Origin: Syntrophales bacterium
Lineage (GTDB): Bacteria > Desulfobacterota > Syntrophia > Syntrophales > UBA6807
Assembly (NCBI GenBank): GCA_040767195.1
Contig: JAXGPA010000006.1
Span: 64,001-128,000 of the forward strand
Direction: 5' to 3'
DNA length: 64,000 nt
Shown here: piece by piece, positions 58,940 to 64,000 of the stretch
Layout: every line of letters begins with the position of its first letter
Numbering within the stretch: the first letter of the stretch is position 1
Program-made: the position numbers and the translations under genes
The notes under the pieces: generated by a model
The model's input: the letters and a program-made list of their open reading frames with translations, nothing else
What the model was told of the DNA's origin: nothing
The model's database searches: none

Positions 58940-60130
58940 ATGGAGGCGACGATCATTCTCAAGAAAAGCCGGGACAAGTCGGTCCGGCGCCTTCATCCAT
59001 GGATTTTCTCCGGGGCCGTCGGGGAAATCCGGGGAAACCCCGGCCCGGGAGACACCGTGGACATCGTCACCGCCGGGGGCGACTGGCTGGGCCGGGGCGC
59101 TTTCTCCCCCCATTCATCGATTTCCGCCCGCCTGTGGACCACGAGACCCGACGAGAGGATCGACGACGCCTTTTTTCATGGGCGGCTGGCCGGGGCCCTG
59201 AAACTCCGGAAAACGCTCCCGGAGCTCCAGGACCGGACGGCCTGGCGTCTCGTCAACGCCGAAGGCGACGGTCTTCCCGGTCTTATCATCGACTGGTACG
59301 CGCCGTGGTGCGTGTGCCAGTTTCTGTCCGCCGGGGCGGAGAGATTCCGGGGACCGGTAATCGAAAGCTTGAAGGAAATTCTTCCAACAACCGGAATATA
59401 CGAAAGATCCGATTCGAGTTCCCGGCTCCGTGAAGGCCTTGACGAAAGAAAGGGGCTCCTGTGGGGCACCCCTCCAGACGGTCCCATACCCGTCACCGAA
59501 GGCCCCTGCCGCTTTCTCGTTGACATCGCCAACGGGCAGAAAACGGGATTTTACCTGGACCAGGGAGAAAACCGCCGCCTCTTCGGCGGCGCCGTCACCG
59601 GGGGCCGCGTCCTGAACGCCTTCTCGTACACCGGCGGTTTTTCAATCTGGGCCCTGGCGGGAGGGGCCGCCGGGGTGACCAACGTGGACGGTTCCGCCCA
59701 GGCCCTCGACATGGCCCGCCTTCACGGCCCCCTGAACGGCTTCGACCCGTCGACGGTGGAAACGGTGCGGGGAAACGCCTTTCATGTTCTGCGGGATTTC
59801 AGGGAAAAAGGCCGGACTTTCGACGCCGTTGTCGTCGACCCGCCCAAGTTCGCCGAATCGAAGGGCCAGGTGGACCGGGCCGCCCGGGGGTACAAGGACA
59901 TCAACCTCCTGGCGTTCCAGCTCCTCGCCCCCGGGGGCCTTCTCTTCACCTTCTCCTGTTCAGAGCACGTCTCCCGGGAGCTTTTTCAGAAAATCGTCGC
60001 CGACGCCGCCCTGGACGGCGGCAGGCAGGGAAAGATCCTTCACTTCCTCACCCAGCCGCCGGACCACCCGACGGCCCTCCCCTTCCCCGAGGGCCTCTAC
60101 CTCAAGGGACTGGCCGTCCGGGCGGACTGA
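58940..60130 (+). CDS. RlmI-like class I SAM-dependent rRNA methyltransferase
   Basis: HPWIFSG PUA domain, GQKTGFYLDQ, FSYTGGF, DPPKF, FSCS, EGLYLK. Confidence 0.9.
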   Translation: MEATIILKKSRDKSVRRLHPWIFSGAVGEIRGNPGPGDTVDIVTAGGDWLGRGAFSPHSSISARLWTTRPDERIDDAFFHGRLAGALKLRKTLPELQDRTAWRLVNAEGDGLPGLIIDWYAPWCVCQFLSAGAERFRGPVIESLKEILPTTGIYERSDSSSRLREGLDERKGLLWGTPPDGPIPVTEGPCRFLVDIANGQKTGFYLDQGENRRLFGGAVTGGRVLNAFSYTGGFSIWALAGGAAGVTNVDGSAQALDMARLHGPLNGFDPSTVETVRGNAFHVLRDFREKGRTFDAVVVDPPKFAESKGQVDRAARGYKDINLLAFQLLAPGGLLFTFSCSEHVSRELFQKIVADAALDGGRQGKILHFLTQPPDHPTALPFPEGLYLKGLAVRAD

Positions 60131-60268
60131 ACCGTTCCGGGACGCCCGTCCCCGCAGGCATCCCCGCGGGTACTGAAGGAACCGGCGCGGGCGGGGGCCC
60201 GACCATGCCGCCAAGGCTTTTTTTCAGGACTTCGCGGGGTTGGGAAAACGCAAGGGGGTTCGTCAACC

Positions 60269-61150
60269 ATGGAATCAGCGGGGTCCGGCGCCTTCTCGTA
60301 CGGCTTTGCCCTCCTGGCGCTTCTTCTCCTGGGAATCCAGCGTTTTTTCTACAAGGTCGCCGCCGAGTGGGAATGCGACATTTTCCGGACCACCTTCGCC
60401 TTCATGATCACCGTCACGGGGCTCAGCGTTCTTTTTTTCCTTTTCCGGGGAACCCCCGCCGGCGGCGCGGGCTTCCTGGTGACGGTGGGGGCCGTCAACG
60501 GCCTCGCCTTTTTCGCCGCCACGACGGCCACCATGGAGGCGCTGAAACACCTTCCCGCCGGGGTGGTCTACCCCGTCGCCCGCCTCAATGTGCTCCTCGT
60601 GATCCTCTTCGCCGTCCTTTTTCTCGGGGAGAGGCTCACCGTCCCCCAGGCCGGCGGGATCGCCCTGGCCCTTGGGGTCATCGCCCTTCTCACCCGCCGG
60701 GAGGCCGAGGACCCGGTGCGGAAACTGAAAAATCGGGCACGGGGTCTCGTTTTTCTCGGAATCGCCCTGTTCTCCGGGGCCCTGGCGGCCGTTTCGAGCA
60801 AGTACGCCGCCGCCGGGACGGACCCCTTCGCCTTCATGGCCCTTTCCTACGGTGTGGGAACGGTCCTGTCCCTGGCGTCCTCCCGGCGGCGCCTCGGGGA
60901 GCCCTTCCCCGGGCCCGCCGACCGGTCCCTTCTTCTGGGCCTCTCCATGGGCCTTTTCAATTTTTCGGGATTCTACTGCTTTCTGAAGGCCCTGGAAGAA
61001 GGCCCCCTCTCCCTGGTGGCGGCCATCACGGGGCTGCACTTCGTCATGGCCATCGGGCTTTCCGTCCTTTTTTTCCGGGAGCGGCTGTCCCCGGCCCGCC
61101 TTGCCGGGATCGCCCTGACCTTAAGCGCCGTCTTTCTCCTCCACTTCTGA
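60269..61150 (+). CDS. EamA/DMT family transporter
   Basis: Two hydrophobic repeats ending FLGERL / FFRERL. Confidence 0.88.
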   Translation: MESAGSGAFSYGFALLALLLLGIQRFFYKVAAEWECDIFRTTFAFMITVTGLSVLFFLFRGTPAGGAGFLVTVGAVNGLAFFAATTATMEALKHLPAGVVYPVARLNVLLVILFAVLFLGERLTVPQAGGIALALGVIALLTRREAEDPVRKLKNRARGLVFLGIALFSGALAAVSSKYAAAGTDPFAFMALSYGVGTVLSLASSRRRLGEPFPGPADRSLLLGLSMGLFNFSGFYCFLKALEEGPLSLVAAITGLHFVMAIGLSVLFFRERLSPARLAGIALTLSAVFLLHF

Positions 61151-61276
61151 CGGCTTTGTCAAAAGCGTCATATGCGGTGTCGCCCTTCATCCCTCGTCGT
61201 TGCGGCGTACGGACAGGTACGCCTCACTCCTCGGGATTCGGGCTCCTTGCCTCTAACGCTTTTGACAAAGCCGTTA
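61148..61276. mobile_element. About 129-bp MITE-like element with 21-bp terminal inverted repeats
   Basis: TGACGGCTTTGTCAAAAGCGT ... ACGCTTTTGACAAAGCCGTTA; internal GGCGTAC...GTACGCC hairpin; its first 3 nt are the EamA stop. Confidence 0.75.
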
Positions 61277-61290
61277 CGATAACAAAAAAT

Positions 61291-61357
61291 AAAGGGGGAA
61301 CAGATTTAAAATCTGCAAAACAAGAGGGGACAGACTTAAATCTGTCCCCTCTTGTTT
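61291..61357. repeat. REP-like GGGGACAGA palindromes
   Basis: 17-bp stem AAACAAGAGGGGACAGA-CTTAAA-TCTGTCCCCTCTTGTTT (61318-61357) plus an upstream degenerate copy. Confidence 0.72.
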
Positions 61358-61463
61358 CTCTTATTGATGAACCCCGGGTTTGATACCCCCGGCAATGTCA
61401 TCATGTCATCCCTTCCGACAGCATTGCCGACGGCCCGCAGGCATCATCGGCCTTCCCGCTCCG

Positions 61464-62645
61464 TCACGAAACCTCTTTCAGGGACTCGGCGAATCCCGGG
61501 AGGGACCGGACGATGGTGTCGTCGTGGACGCAGTAGGCGATCCGGATGTGGCCGGGCCCGCCGAAGGCGCTCCCCGGGACGGTGAGGATGTTCCGTTTCT
61601 GCAGGACCCTGACGAATTCGCCGTCGTCGGGGATGGGGGTGGGGAGAAAGAGATAAAAGGCCCCGTCCGGCTTCGTGACCCTGTATCCCGCCGCCGCGAG
61701 GCCGTCGCACAGGAGGTCCCGCTTCCTCCTGTATTCCTCCACGTCCACGCGGACCCCGTGGATTTTCGCGATGACCCGCTGCATGAGCGCCGGGGCGTTC
61801 ACGTACCCGAGAATGCGGTTGCAGAGCACGAGGCCGTCCATGACCTTGGAAAAATCCGCCATGGCGGGGTGGACGGCGAGAAACCCGATCCGCTCCCCGG
61901 GGATGGAAAGGCTCTTGGAGTAGGAGGTGGCAATGAGGCTGTTCTCGTAGGCGGGGAAGACGCTCGGGACGGGAACCCCGCCGTAGACGATCTCCCGGTA
62001 GGGCTCGTCGGAAAGGATGTAGACGGTTTTGCCGTATTCCCTGTTTTTCCGGCGGAGCAGGTCCCCCAGGGCGGCGATGGTTTCCCCGTCGTAGATCCTC
62101 CCCGTGGGGTTGTTGGGGTAATTGAGAAGGAGGACCTTGGTCTTTTCCGTGATCGCCTCCTCCAGGGCCTCCAGGTCGAGGGAAAAGTCGTCGCCGGTCT
62201 TCACCGTCTTCGTTACGCCGCCGTGGTTGTCCACGTAAAACCGGTACTCGACGAAGTAGGGCGTGGGGATGAGTACCTCGTCCCCGGGGTCGAGAAGGGT
62301 TTTCAGGGCCACGTTCAGGGCCCCTCCGGCACCGCAGGTCATGACCACGTGGTCCGCCGCAAGCGGGGCGGAATGCTCCTTGGCGAGCACCCGGGCCACT
62401 GCCGCCCGGGTTTCCGGGAATCCGGCGTTGGGCATGTAACCATGGATGCCCTGGGCCTCCTCCTTCGCCGCTTCCACGAGATGCCGCCGGAATTCTATCG
62501 GCGGCCTGACGTTGGGATTCCCGAGGCTGAAGTCGAACACGTTTTCCGCGCCGAACTTCTTCTTCCGCTCAAGCCCCTCCTCGAACATGCGGCGGATGAG
62601 GGACGACTGGGAAACAAACCCTTCGATCTTCCTGGACATGGCCAT
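61464..62645 (-). CDS. PLP-dependent aminotransferase class I/II (aspartate aminotransferase-like)
   Basis: FSLGNP, NYPNNPTG, SDEPY, SYSKSLSIPGERIG. Confidence 0.93.
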   Translation of the reverse strand: MAMSRKIEGFVSQSSLIRRMFEEGLERKKKFGAENVFDFSLGNPNVRPPIEFRRHLVEAAKEEAQGIHGYMPNAGFPETRAAVARVLAKEHSAPLAADHVVMTCGAGGALNVALKTLLDPGDEVLIPTPYFVEYRFYVDNHGGVTKTVKTGDDFSLDLEALEEAITEKTKVLLLNYPNNPTGRIYDGETIAALGDLLRRKNREYGKTVYILSDEPYREIVYGGVPVPSVFPAYENSLIATSYSKSLSIPGERIGFLAVHPAMADFSKVMDGLVLCNRILGYVNAPALMQRVIAKIHGVRVDVEEYRRKRDLLCDGLAAAGYRVTKPDGAFYLFLPTPIPDDGEFVRVLQKRNILTVPGSAFGGPGHIRIAYCVHDDTIVRSLPGFAESLKEVS

Positions 62646-62727
62646 GGTGTTCTTCTCCTTGCGGCATGATTTATGGATCCATTCTCCGGACGGTCAAAGC
62701 TCCGGCCGAAACACGACTGTTTTCAAG

Positions 62728-62853
62728 CGTCTCCGCAAAAGGTCACGGAGGCGGGACGCCCGGATCCCGGGGAACGAGGCGTACCTGGCGGTGCGGTGCC
62801 GTGACGGGGGATGCAGGGTAACGCCGCACGCGGGGCTTCTTACGGGGCCGTCA
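62728..62853 (-). mobile_element. Degenerate copy of the 61148-61276 MITE-like element
   Basis: Minus strand TGACGGCCCCGTAAGAAG...CATCCCCCGTC...CAGGTACGCCTC...CGGGATCCGGGC; supplies the last codons and stop of the UPF0280 gene. Confidence 0.65.
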
Positions 62854-63601
62854 GCTCCACGTCCCCCCAAGCCCCAAGCCTGTCCCCGAAGATCACCACG
62901 ATTCCCCTGATGCCGGGAATGGCGCCGCCCCACTCGAGGGCCGCCGGGATGTCCGCCTTTCTCCCGATCCGGTTGCACACCGCCGTGGCGGCCGCGTCGG
63001 CCAGGGCCGCCGACGGGGCGACGACGCACACGGCGTCGGCCTTCCCGAAGCTGATGGAATGGCCGATGGTTCCCGAGGACGTGCAGATCCCCGCGGGGGT
63101 GTCTTCCGCCCGGATCTTCAGGGCCACCCGCTCGCTCAGCGGGGACGAGGGCCCGGCGTAAAGCCCCACGACGGTGTCCCCCTTGTCGATGCGTAGAAAG
63201 ATGTCTCCGCCGTTTTCCACGATCACGTTCCGGGACTCCCGAAGCAGGTCCCCGCCCACGAAGGCGGCGATGGCCCCTGCCACGGCAGCCATGGGGCCGA
63301 CGCCGGCCAGGGCGGCGGCCCGGATCATTTCGCGAACGACGGCCGGGGCCAGTTCATCCGGTGAAACGGGCTCCAGGGACGTCAGGAACTCAGGCCTGCC
63401 CGCCATGTAGCCCTCGATGAGGCCCCGGCAGCGCAAAACGGACGCGAGGGCCCCGTCCCCCACTTCCCGGTCCGCCCGCACCAGGAGATCCGTTTCTTTC
63501 ACCCGCACCGGGAAAGAGACCAGGTCGCCCCGGAAGACCCGGTTCCGGTAGGTCCGCTCCCGGAAGGCCTCCCCCTCACGAGAACCGCGTCGATCCCGCA
63601 C
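62840..63601 (-). CDS. UPF0280 family protein (ApbE-like)
   Basis: GVGPMAAVAG, VENGGD, CTSSGTIGHSISFG.ADA; start uncertain. Confidence 0.87.
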   Translation of the reverse strand: MRDRRGSREGEAFRERTYRNRVFRGDLVSFPVRVKETDLLVRADREVGDGALASVLRCRGLIEGYMAGRPEFLTSLEPVSPDELAPAVVREMIRAAALAGVGPMAAVAGAIAAFVGGDLLRESRNVIVENGGDIFLRIDKGDTVVGLYAGPSSPLSERVALKIRAEDTPAGICTSSGTIGHSISFGKADAVCVVAPSAALADAAATAVCNRIGRKADIPAALEWGGAIPGIRGIVVIFGDRLGAWGDVELTAP

Positions 63602-64000
63602 CGAAGAGTTCCTCCCCTTCCTGGCGGATTTCCTCGCAGATCCGCACGGCGAAACGCTCCCCCAGGGAAAGGACCGTCTCCGAGCGGCCCGGGTACACCA
63701 GGTGGAGATAGGCCCTGTGCTTTCCCGGGTACCGCCGGCAGATCGACTTGAGATCGGAGATCCTGTCCTCTTCCAGGACCGTCATGTCCACGGTGAAGTG
63801 GACCGACGAGTAAGACTTCCCGATGGCCTCCTCCAGGGGGACGATGTCCGTTCCCTTGACCTTCACGCTTTCTTCCGAGGCGTCGACGGTCCCCGTGATG
63901 AGGAGCGGCTCGTCGCCCTGGATGAGGTCGACCACCTTCCGGAAAAGATCGGGAAAGACGATGACGGTGAAGTTCCCTTTCCGGTCCTCGAAGGTCACGT
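63576..64000 (-). CDS. dnaE: DNA polymerase III alpha subunit, C-terminal part (partial)
   Basis: TFED..G...VIVFP OB-fold followed by a C-terminal domain; the gene enters from the window edge. Confidence 0.75.
   Translation of the reverse strand, partial: VTFEDRKGNFTVIVFPDLFRKVVDLIQGDEPLLITGTVDASEESVKVKGTDIVPLEEAIGKSYSSVHFTVDMTVLEEDRISDLKSICRRYPGKHRAYLHLVYPGRSETVLSLGERFAVRICEEIRQEGEELFGAGSTRFS

Overview
GC-rich chromosomal segment whose gene content and order suggest an anaerobic Desulfobacterota/Syntrophales-like bacterium (inference). It carries housekeeping genes (hisS, aspS, adk, lpxH, lptFG, ahcY, a divergent metK, panCD, lysC, tsaE, acpS, folP, ftsH, tilS, 3' end of dnaE) and pilus/competence genes (sigma54-driven type IV pilin, comEC, comEA). 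Carbon-storage loci include a fused GT3 glycogen synthase-phosphorylase with a debranching enzyme, and a class III PHA cluster. The most striking feature is absent from the ORF track. Between phaR and tRNA-Pro(GGG) lie seven tiny paralogous genes (about 39-48 codons) with a lasso/RRE-type leader (YxKPxL...L.D) and short variable cores. They form two classes (A ending LGCTR[F/L]; B mostly with NG/PNGSN) in four cassettes, each with its own promoter. An acs-ACT block interrupts the array, one copy has an in-frame amber codon, and no maturase is visible in the window. Three families of small non-autonomous repeats are also present, some donating codons or stop codons to genes.
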